From an uncultured Actinomycetota bacterium (lineage in GTDB: Bacteria; Actinomycetota; Acidimicrobiia; Spongiisociales; UBA5794), in NCBI GenBank assembly GCA_963808015.1, contig CAWEEG010000045.1:248-64247 (forward strand): a stretch of 64,000 bases of DNA, read 5' to 3'. A model generated the notes under the pieces. It saw only the letters and a program-made list of their open reading frames with translations, had not been told where the DNA came from and did not search any database. The position numbers were made by a program, and so were the translations under genes. This document shows, piece after piece, positions 9,127 to 20,279 of the stretch; the first letter of the stretch is position 1, and each line of letters begins with the position of its first letter.

Positions 9127-10187
9127 TACTCCGCAGCCTCTTCGGAAGCATCGCTCTCCTCGAGTTCTTCTTCCTCATCAACGATGACACCAACCGCGTG
9201 GAGCACCTGATCCTGGAGCTGAACCGACAGTTGAGGGTTCTCACGGAGGAACTGTTTGGCCTTTTCGCGGCCCTGACCGAGCTGATCACCGTCGTAGGTG
9301 TACCAGGCACCGGCCTTCTTGACGATCCCTTCTTCCACCGCAACGTCGAGCAGGCTGCCCTCACGGGAGATACCTTCGCCGAACATGATGTCGAACTCCG
9401 CAAGCCGGAACGGCGGAGCAACCTTGTTCTTGGCGATCTTCGTGCGCACGCGGTTTCCGACGTTGTCGGTGCCGGACTTGATCGCCTCGATACGACGAAT
9501 GTCGATGCGCACGCTCGCGTAGAACTTGAGGGCACGCCCGCCAGGCGTCGTTTCGGGGCTCCCGAACATCACACCGATCTTCTCCCGCAACTGGTTGATG
9601 AAGATCGCGGTGGTCTGTGAACGGTTGATCGTGCCGGCAAGTTTGCGGAGGGCCTGCGACATGAGCCGGGCTTGAAGCCCGACGTGGGTATCACCCATGT
9701 CACCTTCAAGTTCGGCACGCGGCACCAGAGCGGCGACCGAGTCGATCACGACCACATCGAGCGCTCCCGACCGGATCAGCATGTCGGTGATTTCGAGCGC
9801 CTGTTCGCCGGTGTCCGGCTGCGAAATGAGCAGTTCATCCACGTCAACGCCGATCGCTCTGGCGTAGATCGGGTCGAGCGCATGCTCCGCGTCGATGAAT
9901 GCGGCGAGCCCCCCGTTGCGCTGGGCTTCGGCGACGATATGCAGAGCAAGGCTCGTCTTTCCCGAACTCTCCGGCCCGTAGATCTCGACGATTCGCCCGC
10001 GGGGTACACCACCAATGCCGAGCGCGAGGTCGAGGGAGAGTGCCCCGGTCGGGATCACGTCCATCTTCCGGATCTCTTCGTCACCCATCCGCATGATGGC
10101 GCCCGTTCCGAACTGACGCTCGATCTGCGACATTGCCATCTCGATGTTCTTGTCCCGGTCGCCCCGGTCGTTCCGGTCTTCAGCCAC
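9126..10187 (-). CDS. recA: recombinase RecA
   Basis: GTG 10185-10187 is preceded by AAGGAG. Walker [13 protein letters not shown], Walker [12 protein letters not shown]2 region [28 protein letters not shown]. Intact 353 aa. The N-terminal extension of ORF 9126..10619 is rejected. Confidence 0.97.
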   Translation of the reverse strand: MAEDRNDRGDRDKNIEMAMSQIERQFGTGAIMRMGDEEIRKMDVIPTGALSLDLALGIGGVPRGRIVEIYGPESSGKTSLALHIVAEAQRNGGLAAFIDAEHALDPIYARAIGVDVDELLISQPDTGEQALEITDMLIRSGALDVVVIDSVAALVPRAELEGDMGDTHVGLQARLMSQALRKLAGTINRSQTTAIFINQLREKIGVMFGSPETTPGGRALKFYASVRIDIRRIEAIKSGTDNVGNRVRTKIAKNKVAPPFRLAEFDIMFGEGISREGSLLDVAVEEGIVKKAGAWYTYDGDQLGQGREKAKQFLRENPQLSVQLQDQVLHAVGVIVDEEEELEESDASEEAAE

Positions 10188-10289
10188 GATGTCTCCTTTG
10201 TCGACTGACCCGCAACATATCGGGCGCCTGTGACAGATTCTGCTCCGCGAACAACAAGCATGGTATTCGCGGTGTCCGGCGTAGCTTAG

Positions 10290-10311
10290 GCGAACGTCTG
10301 TTCGATGTCGA
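10290..10311 (-). promoter_or_regulatory. recA SOS box with extended core
   Basis: On the recA strand: CCTCGACATCGAACAGACGTTCGCCTAAGCT. TCGAAC-AGAC-GTTCGC matches the LexA consensus at 11/12. TCGACA (-35-like) is followed 17 nt later by TAAGCT (-10-like). Confidence 0.8.
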
Positions 10312-10354
10312 GGAATTGGCTGCCGCTCCCCCGAGCCGAGGGACGATCCGGTGT

Positions 10355-10726
10355 CTAGACGTGCTGATCCAGAAGAATGGCGTTGCCGTCCGGGTCCACG
10401 ATCGAGAAACTCGCGGGCCCATTCGGCGTCTCGCCCGTCGTGTCGTTGATCAACGTGAGCCCTTCGGCCTTCAGCTGCTCGCTCAGCACACGAATATCCG
10501 TGAACTCGTCGACCGCCTCGCCCATGCCCACCCAACCGGGGTTGAACGTCAGGATGTTCGAGTCGAACATTCCATGGAACAGGCCGATGACATGCGTTTG
10601 GTTGGCCATGATCGTCCACGTCTCGCCGTCGCCGGCGAACATCTCAAATCCCAGCTTCTCGTAGAAGGTTCGCGAGGCAGCCATGTCCTTGACGGCCAAG
10701 CTCACCGAGAATGCTCCAAGTTCCAT
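10355..10726 (-). CDS. VOC (glyoxalase/bleomycin-resistance) family protein
   Basis: Intact 123-aa ORF with the typical fold pattern: [21 protein letters not shown] ... [13 protein letters not shown]. Confidence 0.75.
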   Translation of the reverse strand: MELGAFSVSLAVKDMAASRTFYEKLGFEMFAGDGETWTIMANQTHVIGLFHGMFDSNILTFNPGWVGMGEAVDEFTDIRVLSEQLKAEGLTLINDTTGETPNGPASFSIVDPDGNAILLDQHV

Positions 10727-10865
10727 CGTGTTCCTTCGGGGTCGCCGTCAGTGCGCCAACACTACGTGAAGCAGTGCCCGCTGGGTCGGAAAAGTCGCTG
10801 CCGTCCCGGACGCCTCGCCTGCGACGACGCGATGCAGCCGGGACCTCGTCCACATCTCCGAGACC

Positions 10866-11421
10866 TCAGAGCTCCACGGAATCGAGCGCTTCGTACGTCG
10901 CACCTTCCCGGCTCAGATGGCTGCGATACAGGGTCAGCCGGTCGACCTGCATCGAGAGCGGGAATCTCGGTACCCGGTCGATCAGCGGCACGACGTTCAT
11001 CGGTGGCCTGATCCTCGACAGGGTGAGATGGGCGTGGAACGGCCGCTCCTCGGGTTCGAAACCCGCCGATTGGGCGGCGAGGTCGGCGATCTCAGCCATC
11101 GTGGCGAGCTGGTCCGCTCCTCGCTACACCGCCAGCCAAAGAACCGTTGCCCTCGCCGGCTTCGGGAAAGCGCCAAGCCCGCCGAAGCTCATCGTGAACG
11201 GCTCGACGGCCAGGTGTTCGTCGAGGAACTCGAGGATCGCGATCACGCTGCAGCGCGGTCGTCGATCCGAGGAATCGGATCGTCAGATGCCAGTTCGCGG
11301 GTGGTGTCGGCCGTCCCGGGAGGCGCATCGTCTCCTCCTCCAGGAACGCGGCAAGGCCGTGGGCGACTTCGTCGGTCAAGTCCACCGCGAGGAACAGCCG
11401 ATCGCTCAACCGGTACCCCAC
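10866..11421 (-). CDS. thpR: RNA 2',3'-cyclic phosphodiesterase (2H family; frame-disrupted)
   Basis: The two HxT motifs, HLTIRFLG and HAHLTLSR, lie in different minus frames (ORFs 11092..11421 and 10866..11099). Confidence 0.7.
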
Positions 11422-12653
11422 TCGACACCCTGCAGGGACAGCCGGACCAGCTGGAGCGAGGCCGTCGTGGCGAACGTTCTCACTCGCTCACGATCGCCCG
11501 GCATGCGGAATGTGCGGACCCTGGTGCCGTCGGGTGTGGCGACGGCGATCACGATGGTCCCGACCGGCTGCTCCTGTGGATCGGGCCCCGCCGAACCGGT
11601 GAGACCGAGGGCAACGTCCACACCAAGCACCGAACGGGCACCCTCCGCCATCGCGACCGCGACCGGTTCGCTCACGACGCCGTTGGTAGCGATCACGTCA
11701 GCGGGGACGCCGAGCTTCGTTTCCTTCACATCCGTTGCGTAGGCAACAATCGAGCCACGAAAGGTGCGGCTCGAACCGGGCACCGAGGTGATCCGCCCGG
11801 CTACGAGACCACCGGTCGCCGACTCGGCCGTTCCGAGCGTCCAGCCCCGCTCCTCGAGAGTCTTGAGAACCACGACCTCGATCGTGTCGCCGTCTGCGCC
11901 GAATACGAGTGTCCCCAGCCGATCTCGGATCGTCGCCTCAATGGGTGCAATGAGTTCCACCGCCTCAAGCCTGGGTTGCCGCCTTGGCGGTGATCCGAAC
12001 TTTGATCTCCCCACCGGAGGCGAGGAACGCGATCGTTGGGTTCGAAGACGCGTCATAGAGATCGCCCAACAGCTCGGCAATCGCCGATTCCGACTCGCCC
12101 CAGGTCCGGATCAGGCGACTCGCGACCACCGAGTGGTCGTCGCCGCGAAGGAACGGTATGACGTCGTTCTCGAGCATGGGGATCATCTCGGCAGGCACGC
12201 CGGGTAGTGCAATCACCCACGTCTCGCCAATCCTCATCCGGATGCCCGGTGCGGTTCCCTTCGGGTTCTCGATCAGGGTTGAGCCCTCCGGACGATCCGC
12301 CTGCTGCAGGTTCGATTCCGGCATCACGCGGCCACGCAGCTCCCAGCGCTCTCGCAGTCGTTCCGCCTGCCCCTCATCAAAGATGAGTTCGACGCCGGCG
12401 GCCCGAGCCATCGCCTCCCTGCGTGAGATCGTCCTGCGTCGGTCCGAGGCCACCGGTGATGATCACGGCGTCGGCCCTCGTGCATGCAGCCGTGAGCGCT
12501 GCAACGATCCGGGTGTCGTTGTCTCCGACCACCGTCTGCTGATAGTGGTCGAGCCCTGCGTCAGCGAGACGTTCACCGATTCGCGTCGCGTTCGGAGTTC
12601 ACGATCTGGCCCAGCAAGAGTTCGGTGCCGACAGCAAGGACTTCGACGATCAT
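11406..12653 (-). CDS. cinA: competence/damage-inducible protein CinA (MoCF-like + PncC deamidase; frame-disrupted)
   Basis: MIVEVLAVGTELLLGQIVNS...; AVIITGGLGPTQDDLT; TAPGIRMRIGETWVIALPGVPAEM; C-terminal VIATNGVVSEPVAVAMAEGAR ... GLTGSAGP. At least 3 frameshifts. The ATG overlaps the rimO stop (ATGA at 12650-12653). Confidence 0.85.
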
Positions 12654-13978
12654 GCCGGACCCTGCACGATTGCGTCGAGATCGGTGCCGTATCCGCCGAC
12701 CACCTTGGCCGTCAGCCAATCACCCGGATCCCCTCGATCGAGGAGGATCACGCCATCGATCTCGGGCGCCTCCCGATACGACCGAGCCACCGGCTGGCCA
12801 TCTTCGACTTGATCGACGACGACCGTCAGCGTGCGGCCGATCTGGTCGATCGAACGCCCGGTTGTGATCTCATCTTGAATGCTCTGGAGGTGTCGCAGCC
12901 GAGATTGCTTCTCGTCTTCGGGAATCTGCTGATCCATCGTTGCAGCTTCGGTTCCGTCCTCCGGCGAGAACGGGAAGAAGCCGGCCCAGTCCAGTTCCAC
13001 GTCCGTGAGGAAGTCGGCGAGATCGTCGACGTCATCGTCGGTCTCACCGCGGGAATCCCACAATGAACGAGGATCGCAGGGCAGCATCGGGGGCGGCGGA
13101 TCGGATCCTCCCGATCAGCTCGCGGTGTTTCTCCCCGGAGCCAGGACGCTTCATCGCGCGCAGCAGGCCGGCCGACGTGTGTTGCAGCGAAAGGTCGAAG
13201 TAGTCGGCGACTACCGGGTTGTCCGCCATCTCCGCGATGAGCTCCGGCCGAATCTCCCTCGGATAGAGGTAGTAGAGCCTGAGCCTCCGGAGACCGTCAA
13301 CGGTGGAGAGCAGCTCGGATGAGGTCGACGATGCCGGGGTCGCCGATGTCTCGGCCGTACGCAGCGAGGTCCTGTGCAACCAAGCCGATTTCCGCAACCC
13401 CCGCCGCCGTGAGATCCGCGATCTCGTCACGGATGTTCTCCGCAGCCACGCGACCGCTGCTTGCCCCTGAACTGAGGGATCGCACAGAACGTGCAGAGTT
13501 TGTCGCACCCTTCGGCGGCTTTCACGTAGGCGTAAGGGGTCGTCGGCGTCGGTCGCCGGGTCTCGTACAAGATGTCCATGTGGGATCGGCGAGCCGAACC
13601 GATCGTGATCGGTGTCCACGTGGTGAGGGCGTCGAGCCGGTCGATGAGCTCCGGATAGCGGTCGAGCCCAATGACGGCGTCGGCTTCCGGCAACGCCTCG
13701 GACAACTCGCGTTCGTAGCGTTGGGCCATACACCCAATGACCACAAGGCTGGCGTCACTCCTCTTCGCTCCGGCGAGGTCCAGAATTACGTCGACGGACT
13801 CTCGTCGCGCCGGTTCGATGAATCCGCAGGTATTGACCATCACGACGTCTGCCGCTTCCGGAGATGTCGCTTCGGCGTAGCCGGCGGCCGTCAGCATTCC
13901 GGTGACCTTGTCCGAGTCGACCTGATTCTTGGCGCAGCCGAGCGTCGTCAGCCAAACCGTGGGTGCAGCAGTCTTCAT
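12650..13978 (-). CDS. rimO: ribosomal protein S12 methylthiotransferase (frame-disrupted)
   Basis: VWLTTLGCAKNQVDSD, VVMVNTCGFIEPA, radical-SAM [53 protein letters not shown], and a TRAM C-terminus. Four frame pieces. Confidence 0.9.
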
Positions 13979-14016
13979 CGGCGATCAGCGTACCGTTGCG
14001 CCAGCCGGTGGGGCAG

Positions 14017-14538
14017 CTACTCCAGCCCCCGGTAGCTCCCGCGAAAGTAGGCCAGAGGATCGGTGAGGTTCGTTGCCACAACCTCGTCGATGTCCGCCGA
14101 CACCAGCAACGAGTATCCATGTTCAACAACCGAGATACCGCTGCAGAAGGCTCGGTCGCCGATATCGTCGAGCGCCGGACCCCAATCCGTGTCGGTCACA
14201 GCGACGCCCGTGAACGGTCCACCGGGACTTGGACGCCTGCTCGCGAAGACCTCGGAGAGCGTGCGGTGCTGGTGCGCAAGGATGTGCATCACGAAGCGGT
14301 TGGTGCGCTCGATGACGTCGTAGACGTCGGCGGTCGGGCCCAGCAGGAAGTGGACGCTCCCCGGTTCACCCTCCGCGAGCATGAGCGACGAAACGGTGAG
14401 CCCCGCCCGCCCGGCATCGTCGCCCGCGGTGATGATCGTCACGGGCGCGACAAGGCGACCACGCAGGCGCCGAACCGGATCTCGATCCGCCTCGGGTGGG
14501 ATGAACGGATGCTCCCCCTCGTGAATCTCCCCTGTCAT
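14017..14538 (-). CDS. flavin reductase-like domain protein
   Basis: ATG 14536-14538 (MTGEIHEGEHPF...). VTIITAGDDAGRAGLTVSSL ... HILAHQHRTLSEVFA. The rest of the 510-aa ORF upstream is a frame artefact. Confidence 0.6.
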   Translation of the reverse strand: MTGEIHEGEHPFIPPEADRDPVRRLRGRLVAPVTIITAGDDAGRAGLTVSSLMLAEGEPGSVHFLLGPTADVYDVIERTNRFVMHILAHQHRTLSEVFASRRPSPGGPFTGVAVTDTDWGPALDDIGDRAFCSGISVVEHGYSLLVSADIDEVVATNLTDPLAYFRGSYRGLE

Positions 14539-14603
14539 GGTCCCTCCAGACGGCTCTGCCTCACTGTACCGCGAAGCGTCGCCGACTCGCGACGCGCCCG
14601 GTC

Positions 14604-15341
14604 TCATCCAAATGCCAAGCGGGCAGCCGCAACCAGCGCCGCGGCCACGAGCACCCACCGTATCCACGACGTGCCCTTGAGAACCGCAAGTCGCGATCCT
14701 GCCCATGCACCGGACATCTGGCCGACGGCGAGCACCGCTCCGACCGCTAGGTCGACCTGTGACGCCCGGGCGAACAGGAGGATCGTGATCGGCGAATAGG
14801 CGGCGATGAGCACGACTTTGGATGCGTTGCCGTTGACCAGATTCATCCCCGCACCGAGGACGAGGCCGGCGAGAAGCAGAAAGCCGACTCCGGCCTGAAT
14901 GAAGCCGCCGAAAAAGCCGATGCCGAAGAACACGATCGACCGCCACGGCTCGTGGAGCACGACGTCGCGCTCCTCGAGCCAGCGCGAGGGCCTCAGCAGG
15001 ACGGATGCGGCGACGAGCAGGAGAACCCCGGCAAACACCATTCTCAGGACATCCGGAGATGTCACCGTCGAGAGCCAGGCGCCGGCGGCTGCTCCAAGCA
15101 TCGTGGGAATGATGAGCACGCCACACGCCGCCACGGGATGGCTTCACCCTTCTGATAGCCGGCGATGGCCGTGAGATTCGCAAGCAGGATTGCGATGCGA
15201 TTTGTCCCGTTGGCCGTATTGATGCCAACCATCTCTGTGAGGATCGGAATGGTGATTGCCGAACCGCCACCCCGCAAGCGCATTGACGAACCCGGCCGCG
15301 GCGCCGACAACGATGAGGACCAAACCCTCGAGCAGCGTCAC
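14604..15341 (-). CDS. TauE/SafE (TSUP) family anion-export membrane protein (frame-disrupted)
   Basis: MTLLEGLVLIVVGAAAGFVNALAG.GGSAITIPIL ... FFGIGFFGGFIQAGVGFLLL. Multi-pass hydrophobic protein in two or three frames. Confidence 0.7.
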
Positions 15342-15371
15342 GGCGTGCGGAAGTCGGCATGACGAGCGAGG

Positions 15372-17212
15372 CTACTGCGCGGCGAGTCGCGCGGGTTGCC
15401 ACCCGTAGATGGAGCTGAGCAATGCAAGGCCGTCGGCCGACCGCACGTCCTCGACCATCACAACCTCTTCGGTCAGCTCTCCCTCGTCGATCAGGACTTG
15501 TCGGAGGATTCCGGGCAGGCATCCCGAAGCGAGCGGAGGTGTGATCCACACGCCGCCGCTCGAGACGGCGACGCTCCGCTTCGTTGCCTCGGTCAGCTCC
15601 CCCGCTCGTTCACGAGCAATACCTCATCGACACCCTCGTGCATCTCACGACGTTCGCGATATGGACGCCGAGCCGTTGTCTTGTGAAAGCGATAGATGCT
15701 CTGCGAGGAGATGGCCTTGGTATTGATCGAGCACTCGACGTACTCGCGGCCGGGATGGGGCCACCACCGTGCCGGGTCCAGGTCTCGGAGTCCACAACCA
15801 CACGTCTGTTGCCAAGGCGGTCGAGCTCGAGACGCACGGCACGGGCACCCTTCATGCTTCGACACCCCGCTCGAGCGCCTCACGGACCGCGCCTTCGTCG
15901 TAGCGGAATCCGAAGTAGGCCGCCGAACCGGCAAGGCGTTCGAGATGGCGATCGAGCCACCAGAATCCGTGTTCGTCCTCCCACCGGACGGTCTCATACA
16001 GGGAGATCTCCGGCCGGCGCTGCACGAGCACGCGGGTCTTTGCCTGGGCTTCCTCGTAGTCGCCCTCAGCAATGGACTGCGAGGTGATTCCTGCGCCAAC
16101 CCCGTACTCGCCGACGCCTTCCTCGGCGTCGACGGTGAGGGTCCTGATCGCGACACTGAAGCTGGCGTCCGGCCTGCGACCGCCGGACGGTGCCATGAAT
16201 CCGACGGCACCCGCGACAAACCACGGGCGCGGCTCTCGAGTGTGGCGATGGTCTCCATGGCCCGGAGTTTCGGGTCGCCGGTGATGGCTGCCGATGGAAA
16301 CAGCGTTCGGAAGACATCCACGATCGAGGCCTCTGGGTCGAGGCCCGCAGTCATCTCCGACGCGAGTTGCCACACCGTCTCGAGACGCTCGAGGCCCATG
16401 AGCTCGGTGATGTGAATCGGCTCACCGTCGGTGATCGCGACGAGCTCCTCGAGCATCCGATCGACGATCCGCTCGTGTTCTTCGAGGTCCTTCTTCGAGT
16501 TCGACAGCCGAGTGGCGTTGCCCTCATCCTCTTTCGACCAGCGGCCGCGAGGGATCGTGCCCTTCATGGGCCGCACAGTGACTGCCGATCCGTCGACGCC
16601 GAAGAAGCGTTCGGGCGAAGCACTGAGAATTCGGTAGCGGCCGAGATCGATGTAGGCGCCGTTGCCGCCGCGTTGGGAGAGAACGAGGTCTCGGTAGAAC
16701 TCGTACAGGTCCCCGCTGATCGCGGCATCCAGCGTGAGTGCGTAGTTGACCTGCTTGAGCTCATCTGCCGCAATGAGGCGCCGAATCCGCCGCACGTTGT
16801 CTCCGTACTGATCCTCGTCCATCGTCGCGATCCAGGGGGAGACGGTGTAGGGAGACGAGTCCATCCTGGCCTCTCCAATGAACGGCGACGCTTCAACTCG
16901 TTCACGAAACAGGCCGAACCACACGAGCGGCAGATCAGCGAGCGGTTCATGTGGATCGCGGGCCCGAACAGCGAACGACCGGTTGAACGCGGGAGCTGCG
17001 TCGTACGTCACGAAGCCGACCGACCAATATCCCTCCCGAGCCGCCAGCTCAGCCTGCTCGAGAACGCCGACCACCTCATCGAGGCTGTATGCCGCTACCT
17101 CGCGCTCCGGGTTTGAGAATTCCATCGATCGCCCGCCGGACACGCTGAATTGATCGAGTCGTGCGTGCGTCATCGAATCCAGCGTACGCCATGAATCATC
17201 CACGTGTGCCAA
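15372..17212 (-). CDS. pabB: aminodeoxychorismate synthase component I fused to a class IV aminotransferase/ADC-lyase-like domain (frame-disrupted)
   Basis: Chorismate-binding blocks SASPERFF, VRPMKGTIPRG, GDPKLRAMETIATLE, AGAVGFMAPSG, YGVGAGITSQS. Then ...VLLVNERGELTEATKRSVAVSSGGVWITPPLASGCLPGILRQVL... up to TAG 15372-15374. Confidence 0.8.
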
Positions 17213-17278
17213 CTCCGCCAGATAGACCGGAGTCGGAGCTGCCGCTGGATCGGATGTGCGCTGGACCCTCGGGGATCA

Positions 17279-19526
17279 TCAGCCGATCAGCGCCCCGAGC
17301 TCCTCTTCCGTGACGAGGACGGATCGAGCTTTCGATCCTTCGGACGGCCCGACGATGCCCTTGTTCTCGAGTATGTCCATGACGCGCCCGGCCCGGGCGG
17401 AATCCGATACGAAGCTTCCTCTGGAGCATGGACGTCGACCCGAGCTGGCTGCGGACAACGAGCTCAATCGCCTGGCGAATGATCACCGGATCTTCACCTT
17501 CGAACTCGTCGTCGACGTCTGCGGTCGTCTCCGCGACCTCGAACACTTCAGCGTCTCGATACTTCGCGTTCTGTTGCTCGCGGACGAAGTCGACCACACG
17601 ATGGATCTCAGTTTCGGACACCCAGGCACCCTGGATCCGCTCGGGCTTCGGCTCGCGTGCCGTGACCACGAGCATGTCTCCAAGACCGACGAGTTTCTCC
17701 GCTCCCCCTTGGTCGATGATCACGCGCGAGTCGGTTTGTGAGGCAACTGAGAATGCGAGGCGCGACGGCACGTTCGCTTTGATCACACCGGTGATGACGT
17801 TCACCGAGGGTCGCTGCGTTGCCAGGACGAGGTGAATTCCCACGGCTCGGGCCATCTGAGCGATTCGGACAATCGAATCCTCCACAACCCGCCCCGCCAC
17901 CATCATGAGGTCGTTCAACTCGTCGACGACAACCACGATATACGGGAAGCGATCGAACATGTCCTCTTCGAGGCCTCCGGCGTCATACTTCTCGCGGTAC
18001 GACTCCACGTCGCGGACACCGGCGTCGGCCAGGAGGTCGTAGCGACGATCCATCTCGGCCACGGCCCACTGGAGAGCGTCGGCCGCCTTCTTTGGACTGG
18101 TGATCACACGGGTGAGCAGATGGGGGACGTCGTTGTACTGCCCGAGTTCAACTCGCTTGGGATCGACCAGGATCAAGCGGACTTCGTCGGGCCGCGCTCG
18201 CATGAGAATGGACGTGAGGAGCGCATTGATGCATGAGGACTTCCCTGCTCCGGTTGCACCGGCGATCAGCACGTGTGGCAGCTCGGTCAGGCGAATGAGG
18301 CGACCCCGACCGCTCACATCCTTGCCGAGAGCAACGAGCATCGGGTCGGCGTCGGCGGTCGCGTCGGTTCCCGTGAGGATGTCACCGAGTGTCACCATCT
18401 GTCTATGGCGGTTCGGGACCTCGATGCCGATCGCGCTCTTGCCGGGAATCGGCGCGAGGATCCGAACGTCCGGTGAAGCGAGAGCGTACGCAATGTCGTG
18501 CGACAGGTTGGTGACGCGCGAGACCTTCACTCCCGGCGCAAGCTCAATCTCGTATCGGGTCACGGTGGGGCCGGGAACGATCCGGGTGAGCCGGGCGTCG
18601 ACACCGTGCTGGCTCAACGCCTCTTGAAGCTCAGCGGCGGTCTGCTCGAGGCTGCCCCGGTTGGGCCCCACGTTCGAGGACGAGTCGAGGAGCGTGAGCG
18701 GCGGCAGTTCATACCCGTCGACCGAGACTGACCGCGGTGCCATGCGCTTCGGCTTGGGATTCTTCGGGGCCTTCTTCGAATCTCTGGGCCCCTTCTGGGG
18801 AGCAGTCTTCGCCGGCGCGGCCACCGGCTCGTGAATCTCTATCGCCCCGGTGGTCTGTACAACCGGGCGCGCCGTGGCATCTTCGGGCCCGAAACCGATC
18901 AAGGATCGGAAGCTCCGACCGAACGAGCCAACGGTCGCGGCCAGGTCACGGGCGGTTGCGCGGGTGAGAACGAGCGTCCCGAGGCCCACCGCGGCGAGCA
19001 ATACCAGGAACGCGCCCCAGAATCCGATGGTCCTGCGCAGCGGGAACGCAATGAGGGCCCCAACGGCTCCGCCACTCTCTTGGACCTGTTCGACGTTGCC
19101 GGCGAGAGCGATCGAGCCGGTCATGAGGTGGAAAAGAGCAAGTGACGCCACGAACACGGCGGCCACGCCGGCTATGAGTCGAGCACGGTCCTCGGTGAAC
19201 CACACGCCGACGAGGGACAGGCCGATCGTCGCAAGTGCAATCGGCACGAGGAATGCCCATACGCCGAAGAGGAACCGGAGTGCGCCGGAGATACCGGCTC
19301 CGATCGGCCCGGAGAGCCCGAAGAACGACAGGGCGACAAGTGCGGCGAGCACGAGCATCGCAACACCCCACACGTCATCACTTTGACGCGCGAGCCGTTC
19401 CTGGATCCGCTCCCGGCCCGTCCTCAGCGTGCGGACGATCCTGGCCCGAAAGGAGACCCGTTCAGTTTTCTTGGGGGTCGCTTTGCTCCACCCCGCAGCC
19501 CCGCGGCGCTTGGTCCGCGATGCCAT
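17279..19526 (-). CDS. ftsK: DNA translocase FtsK (one C-terminal frameshift)
   Basis: ATG 19524-19526. Four N-terminal TM helices. Walker [19 protein letters not shown], Walker [22 protein letters not shown]. The gamma domain continues in the frame of ORF 17279..17467 ([28 protein letters not shown]). Confidence 0.95.
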
Positions 19527-19708
19527 CGGACCGAACGATACCGCACAAGTCGGCTGAGGGGAACCACCCTCAGCGCGATTGAACGCGCGAAGAGTTACAT
19601 TCGTGTAATTCGATCCCTCATCTGGGAGTCCTCGGCGCACTCCGGGACGGGCCAGTTGTCGGAGAATTCGGCGGAGAGGAGTCGCGCACTCGGGTATCCT
19701 CTCTCCCG

Positions 19709-20173
19709 ATGACGGACCAAACCTCACCACTGCGCGCCCTGTTGGGTGCGGGCGAATGGCAGGCCGCCGATCTCGAGACGCGCCGCTTGTTGATCGCTCA
19801 AGCCGACACGGGAGGGTACGCAGGCATCGATCCCGATGAGGCCGCAACTGTCGAATGTGCGCTCCTTCGCGCGGTCGATCAGGCATGGATCGACGCGTCA
19901 GATGGTCGATTCGGATTCTCGGCTCAGGCCGCCGCCCTCGCCGCAGCGAGAAGCCGCAACCTTCCCCGAGCCGACACCTGGCGCGCGTTTGGCCGCAGCG
20001 TCGGCTGGGTCGACGGCCGCGAGTGGATCGAGGAGGATGGACTCTCGTACGACGCCAGCGCGCCCGCCGGCCACCTTCCCTGGGTTCCCGGGACCAGCAC
20101 CGTCGTCAACACCGGCCGCGTGTACGAAGGTTTCTTCCAGTTCTACGCCCGCTTCGCCGAGTGCGTGGAGTAG
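19709..20173 (+). CDS. GUN4-like domain protein
   Basis: Intact 154 aa. W..AD.ET..LL ... ECALLRAVDQAWIDASDGRFGFSAQ resembles the GUN4 core pattern. Confidence 0.6.
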   Translation: MTDQTSPLRALLGAGEWQAADLETRRLLIAQADTGGYAGIDPDEAATVECALLRAVDQAWIDASDGRFGFSAQAAALAAARSRNLPRADTWRAFGRSVGWVDGREWIEEDGLSYDASAPAGHLPWVPGTSTVVNTGRVYEGFFQFYARFAECVE

Positions 20174-20181
20174 GAAAGAGG

Positions 20182-20274
20182 CACGAGACACGACTGCGAA
20201 TACCCGCTATCTCTCAAGTCTCAAGTCTCAGATCTCAAGTCTCGGATCTCGGATCTCAGGTCTTGACTGTTGAC
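20182..20274. repeat. heptanucleotide-periodic array, locus 1
   Basis: CACGAGACACGAC (20182-20194), a 17-nt spacer, then 7-9 units of TCTCRRG (20212-20274: TCTCAAG x2, TCTCAGA, TCTCAAG, TCTCGGA x2, TCTCAGG, TCTTGAC, TGTTGAC). Fills most of the 106-nt convergent spacer between the GUN4-like gene and rnj. Confidence 0.9.
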
Positions 20275-20279
20275 TCGTG

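Noticed and set aside
14539-15549. N-terminal 336 residues of the 510-aa ORF 14017..15549. Similar extensions occur on ftsK (19527-19886), recA (10188-10619), rny (8902-9039) and lexA (3493-3660).
   Set aside because: The extensions are Arg-rich and run through neighbouring genes or operators. Conserved N-termini with an RBS and start codon are found at the internal positions given.
20182-20274. Heptamer arrays (also 43774-44207 and 54919-55006) as CRISPR arrays.
   Set aside because: The repeat unit is 7 nt with no unique spacers, and no cas genes are present. These are tandem micro-repeats, not CRISPRs.
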